Origin: Polyangiales bacterium | GTDB taxonomy: Bacteria; Myxococcota_A; Polyangia; Polyangiales; JADJMO01 | Length of the DNA stretch: 50,887 nt | Assembly (NCBI GenBank): GCA_046593995.1 | Contig: JBKJQC010001264.1 | Location: 1 to 50,887, forward strand | Reading direction: 5' to 3' | Program-made: the position numbers and the translations under genes | The notes under the pieces: model-generated | Seen by the model: the letters and a program-made list of their open reading frames with translations, nothing else | Database searches by the model: none | What the model was told of the DNA's origin: nothing | Shown: positions 50,743-50,887 of the stretch, one piece after another | Layout: every line of letters begins with the position of its first letter | Numbering within the stretch: the stretch's first letter is position 1

Positions 50743-50887
50743 TCAGTCCTCGTCGATCGTGAGCGCCGACGCGGGGATCGTGAGCGTGCCGCCGATGTTC
50801 ACGACCTGGCGGTAGCTCTTCGCGACGCGCATGAGGCCGGTGCCGTCGGTCGTCAGGTCGATCGCCACGCCGCCCGCGGTGGCCGCG
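50743..50887 (-). CDS. C-terminal end of a virion protein (ORF enters from the right edge)
   Basis: Reads ...AATAGGVAIDLTTDGTGLMRVAKSYRQVVNIGGTLTIPASALTIDED, with a stop at 50743-50745. Confidence 0.6.
   Translation of the reverse strand, partial: AATAGGVAIDLTTDGTGLMRVAKSYRQVVNIGGTLTIPASALTIDED

Overview
High-G+C DNA (about 68-70% by eye) that is almost entirely temperate contractile-tailed phage sequence. I saw no host housekeeping genes, rRNA, complete tRNA, CRISPR array, IS element or transposase. Layout: (1) 22.7 kb down to 0.2 kb, minus strand: one tightly coupled late operon. It runs terS, terL, portal, S49 protease/scaffold, major capsid, head and neck proteins, sheath, tube, G/GT chaperone with a lambda-like -1 slippery site, tape measure, baseplate (hub/spike, W-, J- and I-like), then tail fibres including an SGNH-esterase fibre. 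(2) 34.7 down to 23.3 kb, minus strand: cro-like HTH, antirepressor, SLT transglycosylase, N6-methyltransferase, DUF2303, SF2 helicase, VRR-NUC, CHC2 zinc-finger protein and RepA-like ATPase. These are followed by a 400-bp non-coding field of 8-bp iterons (putative origin) and two unknown genes. (3) 34.8-36.7 kb, plus strand: CI-like repressor, lipoprotein, ImmA/IrrE-like protein. (4) 36.8-45.7 kb, plus strand: early operon with HNH, Cas4-like nuclease, Sak4-like ATPase, SSB-like protein, DUF3310, SLOG, DUF488, xis and a tyrosine integrase. (5) An attP-like 3-prime fragment of tRNA-Gly(CCC) lies inside the int reading frame at 45433-45481, with phage genes on both sides. (6) 50.9 down to 46.1 kb, minus strand: virion/fibre-like proteins, DUF6527, GH25 endolysin, membrane proteins and a terminator. 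Many of the longest ORFs in the track are Arg/Pro/Gly-rich antisense or out-of-frame shadows. Real starts were set from third-position G+C, peptide plausibility and the pervasive ATGA/GTGA/TGATG stop-start overlaps. All family names come from motif recognition by eye; no searches were run.
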